DNA of 64,000 bases from contig CANQRB010000004.1 of the NCBI GenBank assembly GCA_947626145.1, positions 29,250 through 93,249 of the forward strand, given 5' to 3'. Source of the stretch: an uncultured Clostridia bacterium (lineage in GTDB: Bacteria; Bacillota; Clostridia; UMGS1883). Positions 36,332 to 45,766 of this stretch are shown one piece after another. The notes beneath the pieces are model-generated. The model was not told the origin of the DNA, did no database searches, and saw only the letters and a list, made by a program, of their open reading frames with translations. Position 1 is the stretch's first letter, and every line of letters begins with the position of its first letter. The position numbers and the translations under genes were made by a program.

Positions 36332-37500
36332 CTTATTTTACCTCCAAGCCTTTCAAATCTTTCCCAGAAATCGGGCATACTCTTGTTCACGCACTCGGCC
36401 CCGTCTATGACCAATTCGCCCTCCACATGGGGCGAAAGCGCGGCCAGAGCCATGGCGATGCGGTGGTCGTTGTGGGAGCCGCACACCGCTCCGCGCAGAG
36501 GTCTGCCGCCGCGAATGACAAGGCAGTCCTCCCCCTCTTCCACGTCCGCCCCAAGGCGGCGCAGCTCCTGAGTTATGGCGGCGAGGCGGTCGCTTTCCTT
36601 GATGCGCAGGCGGCCGGCGTTGACTATTCGGCTTTCGCCGGGGACGGTCGCCATTACGCAGGCCAGAACCGGCACAAAGTCGGGTATCTGGCCCACATCG
36701 ACCACGGCGGGAACAGCGGCGGTACCGTTTGTTGAATATCCGCCGTCAATCTCGTTTATCTCCATGCCCATCCGGCGGTATACCTCCACCGTGGCTCTGT
36801 CCCCCTGAATTGAGGCGGAGTTCAGGCCAAGGCAGTTTATCCGGCCCATAGCCATAAAAAAGCCCGCCTGAGAAAAGTCGCCCTCAACAGTGTATTCGGC
36901 GGGGCGATATTTTTGCCCCCCGCTTACGTAATATCCGTATTCCGTATTTTCTATTTTTATCCCGAATTTCTCAAGGACCTCTATCGTCATATCCACATAG
37001 CCTTTGGACTGGAGTCCGGTGGTAAGGATTATGCGGCTGTCCCCCTCAAGCAGCGGCAGGGCCAGCAACAGGCCGGTGATAAACTGGCTGCTTACGTCCC
37101 CCCGAAGCCTGTAATCCCCGGGCCTGAGCCTACCCTCGGCCCTGAGGACGGAATTTTCCGTTTTGTATTTTATGTTCTGTTCCTCAAAAATGCGGAAATA
37201 GTCGTCCAGCGGCCGCTCCATGAGCCGCCGGGAGCCCTTTATCTCCAGCCTGCCGTTGAGGGCCAGAGCGAGAGGTATCATAAAGCGCAGGGTGGAGCCG
37301 GACTCGTTCGCGTCCATGACGGCCCCTGTTTTTAGGGCTTCCATGCACTGCTTTGTTGCCCTGATGTCATCGCTGTCGCCAAGGTTCAGAGCCTGTCCGC
37401 CGCCCAGCCCGGCGCAGATAAGCGCCCGATGACTGTAGCTCTTCGACGGAGGCATGACCATCGTGCCGGACAGGGGCGAGGGGGTTATTGTGACCTTCAT
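36328..37500 (-). CDS. aroA: 3-phosphoshikimate 1-carboxyvinyltransferase (EPSP synthase)
   Basis: PPSKSYSHRALICAGL and the EPSPS fold signature. Overlaps aroC by 4 nt. Confidence 0.85.
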   Translation of the reverse strand: MKVTITPSPLSGTMVMPPSKSYSHRALICAGLGGGQALNLGDSDDIRATKQCMEALKTGAVMDANESGSTLRFMIPLALALNGRLEIKGSRRLMERPLDDYFRIFEEQNIKYKTENSVLRAEGRLRPGDYRLRGDVSSQFITGLLLALPLLEGDSRIILTTGLQSKGYVDMTIEVLEKFGIKIENTEYGYYVSGGQKYRPAEYTVEGDFSQAGFFMAMGRINCLGLNSASIQGDRATVEVYRRMGMEINEIDGGYSTNGTAAVPAVVDVGQIPDFVPVLACVMATVPGESRIVNAGRLRIKESDRLAAITQELRRLGADVEEGEDCLVIRGGRPLRGAVCGSHNDHRIAMALAALSPHVEGELVIDGAECVNKSMPDFWERFERLGGKIR

Positions 37501-38549
37501 GCCCCATCCCCCCTGACTATGTCATTAAGAACGGATTTGTGTACCTTCATGTAATAGCCCTCTCCCATCTCGTGAACCAGCACGATGCTCAGACTGTCGC
37601 CCTTGCGCTTTTTGTCGTGAACGGCAGCGGAGGCCAGCTCGGCCCGGTGTTCGCAGTCGGTGGGAAGGCCGTATTTTTTGTTAAGGGCTTTTATGATGTC
37701 GAGGGTTCCGGCCTTGGTGTACCCCATCTTTTCGGCGTACTCGGTCATGATGCACATACCGATGGCCACGGCGGCCCCGTGGCTAAGGGTTCCGTAACCG
37801 TAGTAATTTTCCACGGCGTGGCCTATCGTGTGTCCGAAATTGAGGAGCATACGTTCGCCGGTGTCCCGCTCGTCATTCATCACTATTTCGGCCTTTATCT
37901 CGCAGCACCGGGCCACGACATCGGCCAGATCATAATCGCCGGAAAGGAGGGCCTCGCCCATCTTCTTATCCCTGATGGCGGCGTATTTGATTATTTCCGC
38001 CATGCCGCAGGCCACCTCGCGTTCGGGCAGGGTTTTGAGGGTGTCCATATCAATTATGACCGCGGAGGGCTGATAAAACGTGCCCACAAGGTTCTTGCCT
38101 ACAGGGAGATTGACGGCGGTCTTGCCGCCGACGGAGCTGTCCACCTGACTCAGCAGCGTTGTAGGCACCTGCACAAGGGTCACGCCCCGGAGCACCGTGG
38201 AAGCCACGAAGCCCGCCAAGTCCCCCACAACTCCGCCGCCAAGGGCGATAACGCAGTCCGTGCGGGAAAAGTCGTTTTCCAGTATCTCGCCGCAGACCCG
38301 CTCAAAGACGGAGATGCTCTTGCTGTTCTCCCCAGCCTCCACCACTACCTTAAACGGATTTGCTCCGGCGGCGGTGAGCTGGGCCTCCAGCGCGGAATAA
38401 TAAAGGGGCTCCACATTGGTGTCGGTTATCACGGCGGCTTTTCTGCCCTTTACTATCGGCTCGAGGATTGAGGCGCAGCCCTTCAGCAGCCCGCTCTCAA
38501 TATAGATTTTATATTCCCTGCCGGGAATGTTAACGTCAATGGTACGCAT
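37497..38549 (-). CDS. aroB: 3-dehydroquinate synthase
   Basis: GGGVVGDLAGFVA Rossmann motif plus metal-binding His residues (NFGHTIGHAVE). 350 aa. Confidence 0.9.
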   Translation of the reverse strand: MRTIDVNIPGREYKIYIESGLLKGCASILEPIVKGRKAAVITDTNVEPLYYSALEAQLTAAGANPFKVVVEAGENSKSISVFERVCGEILENDFSRTDCVIALGGGVVGDLAGFVASTVLRGVTLVQVPTTLLSQVDSSVGGKTAVNLPVGKNLVGTFYQPSAVIIDMDTLKTLPEREVACGMAEIIKYAAIRDKKMGEALLSGDYDLADVVARCCEIKAEIVMNDERDTGERMLLNFGHTIGHAVENYYGYGTLSHGAAVAIGMCIMTEYAEKMGYTKAGTLDIIKALNKKYGLPTDCEHRAELASAAVHDKKRKGDSLSIVLVHEMGEGYYMKVHKSVLNDIVRGDGA

Positions 38550-38578
38550 TACATCAGATCCTTACAGTATGATATACT

Positions 38579-38607
38579 ATTTTACTATAATTTTGGTTTT
38601 TTGTCAA
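38579..38607 (-). promoter_or_regulatory. Consensus sigma-A promoter of the aroB-aroA-aroC-pheA operon (TTGACA-17-TAAAAT)
   Basis: Minus-sense TTGACAaaaaaccaaaattatagTAAAAT, ~30 nt upstream of the aroB ATG. No T-box/attenuator-length leader. Confidence 0.6.
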
Positions 38608-38709
38608 TAGAAAAAGGGGCCGCAATTCTGCGACAAAAAAATCTATTGCATTTTTCGGAAATATGTGATAGAATGTTAATGTACTGATTTTTCCAAAGGT
38701 GGCGGATGC

Positions 38710-39612
38710 GTGAAAACTCTGAGAGCTTTAAGAGATATAATACTCAGCGGGGCCAACAAGCTGGCCCACGACAGCATAGGGGCCTACTCGGCGCAGGCGG
38801 CCTTCTTTCTGCTTACCTCTCTTTTCCCGTTCATAATGCTGCTGCTGTCCCTTTTGCAGTTCTTCCCCTTCGAAATGGAGGATCTGATAAGCGCCGCCAC
38901 CGGCGTCATGCCCGACGCCATAAAGGGCTTTCTTGTGCCGGTAATAACCGAAATATACGAAAAGGGCACTCCCGCCCTCATTTCAGTGGCCGCCATTACC
39001 ACCCTGTGGTCCGCGTCCACGGGGGTAAACGCTGTCGTCCGCGGCCTGAGCCGTATCTTCGACACCGACAAAACCGAAACATGGATAAGGCTGAGGCTGG
39101 AATCCATAGTCTATATGCTCTGCCTCATCATAGTTATCATTCTGTCCCTGGGCCTGTCGGTGTTCGGCAGCTCCTTCATGGGGAAAATACTGGAGTTTTT
39201 CCCCGCCCTGAACAAGCTCGGCTTTCTCTCCCAGGGGGTGCGGCTGGTGTGCAGCTTTTCACTGCTTACGCTGATTTTTGACCTTGTGTACATCTTCGCC
39301 CCGCTGCGCAAGAGCCGGTTCACGGCCCAGCTCCCCGGAGCCATCGTGGCCGCCGTGGGCTGGATGGGATTTTCCTTTCTTTACTCCTTCTATGTTGACA
39401 ATCTGGCCAACTTCAGCGTTTACGGCAGCCTTGCGGCGGTAGTTTTCTTTATGCTGTGGATGTACGTATGCTTCTACATACTCTTTATCGGGGCGGAGAT
39501 CAACGTGTTCATCAACGTCCTGCTAAACCGGCTCAAAGCCCTGCGCCGCCCCGAATCCGAAAGCAAAAATTCCGTCAAAAAGAAAGCAGAAGAGTCTGAA
39601 GCTCGTCCATAG
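38710..39612 (+). CDS. YihY/BrkB-family membrane protein
   Basis: GTG start. The N-terminus ...DSIGAYSAQAAFFLLTSLFPFIMLLLSL is the YihY signature. 6 TM helices. TTGCAT-17-TAGAAT promoter with TG at 38648-38676. Confidence 0.8.
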   Translation: MKTLRALRDIILSGANKLAHDSIGAYSAQAAFFLLTSLFPFIMLLLSLLQFFPFEMEDLISAATGVMPDAIKGFLVPVITEIYEKGTPALISVAAITTLWSASTGVNAVVRGLSRIFDTDKTETWIRLRLESIVYMLCLIIVIILSLGLSVFGSSFMGKILEFFPALNKLGFLSQGVRLVCSFSLLTLIFDLVYIFAPLRKSRFTAQLPGAIVAAVGWMGFSFLYSFYVDNLANFSVYGSLAAVVFFMLWMYVCFYILFIGAEINVFINVLLNRLKALRRPESESKNSVKKKAEESEARP

Positions 39613-40219
39613 TGCCGACCGTCCACCGGGCGCCGGCGGCCTCCAGCTCGCCCTCGGCGGCGTAGCCGAAGCCCACGCCCACGGCGCTCACTCCGTTGGC
39701 GGCCGCGCCCAGCACGTCGTGCTCCCGATCTCCTATCATGACGGCCTGCTCCGGAGCGGCCCCCAGCCTTTTCAGAACCTCGGCCACCACCTGAGCCTTG
39801 TCGGTCAGCCGGCCGTCCAGCTCGCTGCCCACTATCAAATCAAGGTACGGCGCAAGGCCGTACTTTTTTACTATCCGCTCGGCGAAGACCTGGGGCTTGC
39901 TGGTGGCGAGGGCAAGGGTTTTTCCGACGGCCTTCAGCTCCCTCAGCAGCTCAACGGCCCCGTCGTAGACCCGATTTTCGAATATGCCGACAGGCGCGAA
40001 GCGCTCCCGGTAGACCGTCACCGCCTCCTCCGCCTGCTCAGGGGTGAAGCCGCAGTAACGCATGAACTGCTCCTTGAGCGGCGGGCCGATAAAGCACACC
40101 AGCTCACCGCAGTCCCGTTCGATGCCGAAGCGGCGCAGGGCGTACTGAACGCATTTGGTTATGCCTTCTTTCGGGTCGGTGAGGGTGCCGTCAAGGTCGA
40201 AAAGAAAATATTTTATCAT
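39575..40219 (-). CDS. HAD-IA family hydrolase (phosphoglycolate phosphatase-like)
   Basis: Motif I FDLDGTLTD, motif II T.K, motif IV GDREHDVLGAAANG. Confidence 0.85.
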   Translation of the reverse strand: MIKYFLFDLDGTLTDPKEGITKCVQYALRRFGIERDCGELVCFIGPPLKEQFMRYCGFTPEQAEEAVTVYRERFAPVGIFENRVYDGAVELLRELKAVGKTLALATSKPQVFAERIVKKYGLAPYLDLIVGSELDGRLTDKAQVVAEVLKRLGAAPEQAVMIGDREHDVLGAAANGVSAVGVGFGYAAEGELEAAGARWTVGTMDELQTLLLSF

Positions 40220-40560
40220 TTGCAGCCACCGCAGGGCTTAAAAAACTCTTTAATGTTGACCGCAAGCCCGTTTTCTCCGTCCTTAAAGCCCAGCAGATAA
40301 AGGGCGGGGAACATGGTCTCATTTTTGCAGAAGCCGGTCTCAACGCCATTCAGATCAAGATGGTTCAGAGCCGCGCGGATCAAAAGCTCAAAAACGCCGT
40401 CCCTGTCCACAACGTACAGCAGCTCGCCGGTCTCCTTAAAGGCGCACCAACCCTTACAGTCCGGCCCCTCCTGAGCCCAGGCCACGCGCATATCCTCATC
40501 CGGATCGGGGTGAATGGACGCTATTACCTGTTTATTGTCAAAAATTACTACCTTTATCAC
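40216..40560 (-). CDS. Small Cys-containing hypothetical protein (~114 aa), translationally coupled to rluB
   Basis: GTG start overlaps the rluB stop (GTGA). The track's longer N-terminal extension would overlap rluB by 57 nt and is rejected. C-terminal CGGCK. Confidence 0.55.
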   Translation of the reverse strand: MIKVVIFDNKQVIASIHPDPDEDMRVAWAQEGPDCKGWCAFKETGELLYVVDRDGVFELLIRAALNHLDLNGVETGFCKNETMFPALYLLGFKDGENGLAVNIKEFFKPCGGCK

Positions 40561-41264
40561 TTTTTCCGCCGTCCCTTCAGCTTGTTTATCTCGGCGTCGT
40601 TGAGGTGCCGCCACTTGCCCTCGGGCAGATTGCCGAGGGTCACGCCGCCCACGGCTATGCGCTTAAGGCTCAGAACCTCAGCGCCCACGGCCTCCAGCAT
40701 CTTGCGAACCTGACGGTTGCGGCCCTCGTGAATGGTTATTTTTACCTCGGGGAGCCTGCCGTGGAGCTGTTCCACTCCGGCCGGCGCGGTAAGGCGGCCG
40801 TCGATTTCCACTCCCTTGCGGAGCGCGGCCTCCTCGCTCTTGTCCAAAGGACGGTTGACACGGGCGATATAGACCTTGTCCACCGAATGGCTGGGGTGTG
40901 TGACCTGATTGGCAAAGGCCCCGTCGTTTGTCATGATCAGCAGACCCGAGGTGTCGAAGTCCAGCCGTCCCACCGGGTAAATGCGGGCGTCAATGTCCCC
41001 GACCAGCTCCATCACGGTGGGGCGGCCAAGGTCGTCGCTGACCGTGGTGACGTAATTTTTTGGCTTATTCAGGGCTATATAGTACAGCTTTTTCTCGGGG
41101 GTTATGACCTTGCCGTCAACGCTGACCTCGTCTCCCTCCCCCACCTCGCAGCCCATATAGTCCACCAGACTGCCGTTGACCTGCACCCGTCCGCTTTCGA
41201 TGAGCCGTTCCGCCGCTCTGCGGGAGGCCACGCCGCACATGGCGATATATTTTTGCAAACGCAT
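40557..41264 (-). CDS. rluB: Pseudouridine synthase, RsuA/RluB family
   Basis: S4 domain (QKYIAMCGVASRRAAERLIESGRVQVNG) and catalytic motif GRLDFDTSGLLIMTNDG. Confidence 0.85.
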   Translation of the reverse strand: MRLQKYIAMCGVASRRAAERLIESGRVQVNGSLVDYMGCEVGEGDEVSVDGKVITPEKKLYYIALNKPKNYVTTVSDDLGRPTVMELVGDIDARIYPVGRLDFDTSGLLIMTNDGAFANQVTHPSHSVDKVYIARVNRPLDKSEEAALRKGVEIDGRLTAPAGVEQLHGRLPEVKITIHEGRNRQVRKMLEAVGAEVLSLKRIAVGGVTLGNLPEGKWRHLNDAEINKLKGRRKK

Positions 41265-42365
41265 TTACATCAGTTCCTTCGCTATTTTTATCAGATTGTC
41301 CAGGAAGCCCTCTTCCTCCTCAATGTCACGGTCGGCCAGCAGATCCACCCCGCCCAGGAACTCTCCCTCGCAGAACATATAGAGCCGGGCCAGCTTTTGG
41401 CCTTTTTTTATGGGCAGTGTCATGTCGCCGGCCTCGGTGCGGTACTCCACGGCCCAAAGCTCGGCTCCGGTCAGTGAGGTGACAAAATCCCCGGCGCATA
41501 CCAGCCCCAGCTCGGAGCTGTCGAGGGTCACCGTCTCCCAAAGCTGGCCCGCCTTGGTGAGGGCGGCCGTTTCATAGTCGCCGAAGCCGTAATCCAGCAG
41601 CCGGGCATGATCCTGCCAGTCGTCGGGGGCGTTGAGAGTCACGGCCACAAGCTCGCGTCCGTCCCGAAGGGCCGAGGAAACAAGGCATCGGCCCGCCTTT
41701 TTGGTGAAGCCGGTCTTGACGCCGGTGCAGCCCTCGTACTGCCAAAGCAGCTTGTTATGATTTTTCAGGCTCCTGTCCCACTCGTGGCCGCTCCAAGGTA
41801 TATTTTTCTGCTTTGTGCCCGCTATTTCTCTGAATTTCGGCAACGTCATGGCATGGCGGGCCAGAACCGCCATATCATAGGCGGTGGTGTAATGGCCGTC
41901 GCCGTCCAGACCGTTCGGCGTCTCGAAGCCGGTGTTATACATTCCCAGCTCCTTCGCCTGGGCGTTCATCAAAGCGACAAAGGCGTCGACGCTTCCGGCG
42001 GTGTGCTCGGCAAGGGCAACGGCGGCGTCGTTGCCGCTGTTCAGCATAAGGCCGTACAGCAGCTGCTCCACCGTGAGCTGCTCACCGGCGGCAAGCCATA
42101 TCGACGAGCCCTCAACTCCCGAGGCCACGGGACTGACCGTGACAACGTCGGCCATGGAGCAGTTTTCTATGGCGAGGACGGCCGTCATGATTTTTGTGGT
42201 GCTGGCCATAGGCAGACGCTCGAAGCCGTTTTTCTCGTACAACAGCCGGCCCGAGGCGGCGTCCATGAGCACGGCACTGCGGGCGGAAAGGCCCTCCGGC
42301 GCCTGAGCGTGAGCCGCGGCCGTAAGAAATATTACCGTAAAGATAATTGCCGTCAGTTTTTTCAT
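41265..42365 (-). CDS. D-alanyl-D-alanine carboxypeptidase (peptidase S11, low-MW PBP)
   Basis: Signal peptide from MKKLTAIIF (AGGGGATAAGGG RBS). SxxK (ASTTK), SxN (NSGND), KTG (VKTGFT). Confidence 0.85.
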   Translation of the reverse strand: MKKLTAIIFTVIFLTAAAHAQAPEGLSARSAVLMDAASGRLLYEKNGFERLPMASTTKIMTAVLAIENCSMADVVTVSPVASGVEGSSIWLAAGEQLTVEQLLYGLMLNSGNDAAVALAEHTAGSVDAFVALMNAQAKELGMYNTGFETPNGLDGDGHYTTAYDMAVLARHAMTLPKFREIAGTKQKNIPWSGHEWDRSLKNHNKLLWQYEGCTGVKTGFTKKAGRCLVSSALRDGRELVAVTLNAPDDWQDHARLLDYGFGDYETAALTKAGQLWETVTLDSSELGLVCAGDFVTSLTGAELWAVEYRTEAGDMTLPIKKGQKLARLYMFCEGEFLGGVDLLADRDIEEEEGFLDNLIKIAKELM

Positions 42366-42419
42366 ACCCTTATCCCCTTCACAAAATGCTACTATCATTT
42401 TATGAGGGCTTGTTCGGTT

Positions 42420-43799
42420 TTATTTAAGATTTTCCAGAGTCTCCTTCGCCGCCGCGATGGATTTTGCCACAGCCGACGGAGCCGGCCCGCCGGTGACGGT
42501 GCGGCCGTTCACACAGGTCTCAAGGCTTATTTCCCCGTAAATGTCCTCGCCGATGAGGGGGCTGCACTCCCTCAGCTCCTCAAGGCTCAGCTCATCGATG
42601 CCGACGCCCTTCTTTTCGGCGACAAGCACCATATGTCCCACCACGGCGTGGGCCTCACGGAAGGGCAGGCCGTGCTTCACAAGGTAGTCGGCCACATCGG
42701 TGGCGTTGGTAAAGCCGCCGTTGGCGCCCCTGTACATATTTTCGCCGTTTATCTTCATTGTCGCCACCATGCGGGTGAACACCGGCAGGCAGAGCTTAAC
42801 CGTGTCTATGGCGTCGAACAGAGCTTCCTTGTCCTCCTGCATATCCTTGTTATAAGCCAGAGGCAGACCCTTCATCACCGTGAGCAGGGCCGTCAGATCC
42901 CCGTAGACCCGTCCGGTCTTGCCACGTATCAGCTCGGCAAAATCCGGATTTTTCTTCTGGGGCATGATGGAGCTGCCGGTGCTGTAGGCGTCGTCCATGG
43001 TGACGAAGCGGAACTCGTTGCTGCTCCAAAGTATAAGCTCCTCGCAGAACCGTGAAAGGTGCATCATTATCACCGAGCAGTCAAACATGGTCTCCAGAGC
43101 AAAGTCCCTGTCGGACACTCCGTCCAGAGAGTTCATGGTTATCGCCGAAAAGCCCAGCTTCTCCGCCACAAATTCCCTGTCAAGGGGGTAAGTAGTGCCG
43201 GCCAGAGCCCCGCTGCCAAGAGGCATAACGTCGGTGCGTTCATAGCAGTCGCCCAGCCTGTCCATATCCCGCAGGAACATATTCACATAGGCCATGAGGT
43301 GGTGGGCCAGGGTGATGGGCTGAGCCTTTTGAAGGTGGGTATAGCCGGGCATAATAGTGCTGAGGTTTTCCCCGGCCAACTTGATAAGCGTTTCGACAAG
43401 CTCCGCCAGCATGGCTTTGATTTCGTTTATAGCGTCCTTGGTGTACATTCTCACGTCCAGCGCCACCTGATCGTTACGGCTGCGGCCGGTGTGGAGGCGT
43501 TTGCCCGCCTCGCCTATACGGTCGGTGAGGATTTTCTCTATATTCATATGGATGTCCTCGGCGTCAACGAGGAACTCCACCTTTCCGGCCTCGATGTCCT
43601 CAAGTATACCGCCGAGGGCCTCGACTATCCGGCGGCTGTCCTCCCCGGGGATTATACCCTGACGGCCCAGCATCTCGGCGTGGGCCATGGAACCCATTAT
43701 ATCCTGACGGTACATCCTTTGGTCAAAGCGTATTGACGACTGAAAGTCGTTGGCCTGAGCGTCGGTGGCCTTTTCAAAGCGTCCGCCCCAAAGCTTCAT
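42420..43799 (-). CDS. argH: Argininosuccinate lyase
   Basis: Start at [10 protein letters not shown]. Fumarate-lyase signature [11 protein letters not shown]. 459 aa. Confidence 0.9.
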   Translation of the reverse strand: MKLWGGRFEKATDAQANDFQSSIRFDQRMYRQDIMGSMAHAEMLGRQGIIPGEDSRRIVEALGGILEDIEAGKVEFLVDAEDIHMNIEKILTDRIGEAGKRLHTGRSRNDQVALDVRMYTKDAINEIKAMLAELVETLIKLAGENLSTIMPGYTHLQKAQPITLAHHLMAYVNMFLRDMDRLGDCYERTDVMPLGSGALAGTTYPLDREFVAEKLGFSAITMNSLDGVSDRDFALETMFDCSVIMMHLSRFCEELILWSSNEFRFVTMDDAYSTGSSIMPQKKNPDFAELIRGKTGRVYGDLTALLTVMKGLPLAYNKDMQEDKEALFDAIDTVKLCLPVFTRMVATMKINGENMYRGANGGFTNATDVADYLVKHGLPFREAHAVVGHMVLVAEKKGVGIDELSLEELRECSPLIGEDIYGEISLETCVNGRTVTGGPAPSAVAKSIAAAKETLENLK

Positions 43800-43864
43800 A
43801 AAAATTTCCCCTTTGCTGCAACTCCCCGGCACGTGTGCGCCGGGGAGTGATGATATTTATTTGT

Positions 43865-45082
43865 TTATTTGTTTTCCTGATTTTGCTTCATGAGCGCGCG
43901 AACCTTGAGGGGCAGGCCGAACAGGTTGATGAAGCCCTCGGAATCCTTATGGCTGTAAAGCTCGTGGCTGTCGCCGAAGCTGGCGATGGTCTCGTTATAA
44001 AGAGAATAGGGGCTCCTGGCGCCGGCGGAGGAAATGCCGCCCTTATAAAGCTTGAGGCGCACCTCGCCGGTGACGGTCTCCTGAGTGCTGTCCACAAAGG
44101 CGGAAATAGCCTCACGGAGAGGGGTGTACCATTTGCCGTCGTAAACCAGCTCGGCAAGCTTGATGGCCACATGACGCTTGAAGGCCTGAGTGTCACGGTC
44201 AAGGCAGAGGTACTCCAGCTCGTTGTGAGCGTAGTAAAGTATCGTGCCGCCGGGGGTCTCGTAGACGCCGCGGCTCTTCATGCCCACAAGACGGTCCTCA
44301 ACTATGTCGGCTATGCCGATGCCGTAGGCGCCGCCTATCTCGTTGAGCTTTTCCACAAGAGCTCTGGGGGCCATTTTTTCACCGTCAAGGGAAACGGCCT
44401 CGCCCTTTTCAAAGCCTATGGTGATATACTTGGGCTCGTCAGGGGTCTTCTCCGGCGGAACGGTGAGCTTGAGCAGATTGTCAAGCTGAGGCTCGTTGGC
44501 GGGATCCTCAAGATCCATGCCCTCGTGGCTGATGTGCCAGATGTTGCGGTCGCGGGAGTAGAGATCCTTCTTGGTAACGGGAACCTGAATGTGATGGGCC
44601 TCGGCGTAGTCCACCGCGTCCTCACGGGACTTGATGTCCCAAATTCTCCAGGGAGCGATTATCTTCAGCTGAGGAGCGAGGGCCTTGATGGTCAGCTCAA
44701 AGCGAACCTGATCGTTGCCCTTTCCGGTGGCGCCATGGCAGATAGCCGTGGCTCCCTCCGCCAGAGCTATCTCAACAAGTCTCTTGGCGATGATGGGGCG
44801 GGCGTGGCTGGTGCCAAGCAGGTACTTGCCCTCATAAACGGCCCCGGCCTTGACCACGGGATAAATGAAGTCCTCAACGTATTCGTCTCTCAGATCCTCA
44901 AGGTAGAGCTTGGAAGCGCCGGCCGCCTTGGCCCGCTGTTCAAGGCCCTCGGTCTCCTTGCCCTGTCCCACGTCGCCGCAGACGGCAATAACCTCGCAGC
45001 CCTCATAGTTCTCCTTGAGCCAGCTTATAATGATGGAGGTGTCAAGACCGCCGGAATAAGCCAGTACGATTTTTTCTGCCAT
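43865..45082 (-). CDS. argG: Argininosuccinate synthase
   Basis: [11 protein letters not shown]-loop and a conserved ArgG body. 405 aa. Confidence 0.9.
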   Translation of the reverse strand: MAEKIVLAYSGGLDTSIIISWLKENYEGCEVIAVCGDVGQGKETEGLEQRAKAAGASKLYLEDLRDEYVEDFIYPVVKAGAVYEGKYLLGTSHARPIIAKRLVEIALAEGATAICHGATGKGNDQVRFELTIKALAPQLKIIAPWRIWDIKSREDAVDYAEAHHIQVPVTKKDLYSRDRNIWHISHEGMDLEDPANEPQLDNLLKLTVPPEKTPDEPKYITIGFEKGEAVSLDGEKMAPRALVEKLNEIGGAYGIGIADIVEDRLVGMKSRGVYETPGGTILYYAHNELEYLCLDRDTQAFKRHVAIKLAELVYDGKWYTPLREAISAFVDSTQETVTGEVRLKLYKGGISSAGARSPYSLYNETIASFGDSHELYSHKDSEGFINLFGLPLKVRALMKQNQENK

Positions 45083-45169
45083 TGAAATTCCTCCTAAACA
45101 GTTTTTACGATGTAGTAATTATACATCAAAATGCAAAATTATGCAATACCTTTTTATAAAATTTTTCGG

Positions 45170-45766
45170 CTATTTTAACAGCCCTTTTTGTATACCCTGA
45201 CATATTATCCAGTCGGCAAGGGCAGCGGTCTCGTCGTCCATGGCCGCCTTTACGGGTTCCATGCGCCTGTACACCTGCTCGGCACGGACGTTTCCCTTCT
45301 TCCATGTGTGGTAGTTGGTGAGGTGGTTGTTTATCAGGGGCTGGAGCCGGTCGATGGCGGCGGCGTAGGCCGCGTCGGGAGTGGCTTTTTCGTCAAATTC
45401 CTCCCACAGCAGGCGGTACTCCCGTCCCTGCTCCTCGGGCAAAAGGCCAAAGAGCCGGTCGGCGGCGGCCTTTTCACGGGCGACCTTGTCCCTGCCGGCC
45501 TCCTCGTCGTAGCAGAAGGTATCGCCGGCGTAGACCTCCACAAGGTCGTGTACAAGGGCCATTCTTATCACCATGTCAAGATCGATCTTATCCTTGTCCC
45601 GGGCGTGGTCAAAGAGGGTCAGGGCCATGAGGGCGAAATGCCAGGAATGCTCGGCGTCGGTCTCCTGACGGGAACCGTCGGCAATCAGGGTCTGACGCAG
45701 GACGTTTTTCATTTTGTCCGCCTCGACGAGGAAGCGGAGCTGCTTTTCATAATCCCCGCTTATCAC
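45170..45766 (-). CDS. HD-domain phosphohydrolase (YfbR-like 5'-deoxynucleotidase family)
   Basis: GTG start overlapping the pepP stop (GTGA). HD motif ...AEHSWHFALMA...VHDLVEVYAGD. Confidence 0.75.
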   Translation of the reverse strand: MISGDYEKQLRFLVEADKMKNVLRQTLIADGSRQETDAEHSWHFALMALTLFDHARDKDKIDLDMVIRMALVHDLVEVYAGDTFCYDEEAGRDKVAREKAAADRLFGLLPEEQGREYRLLWEEFDEKATPDAAYAAAIDRLQPLINNHLTNYHTWKKGNVRAEQVYRRMEPVKAAMDDETAALADWIICQGIQKGLLK

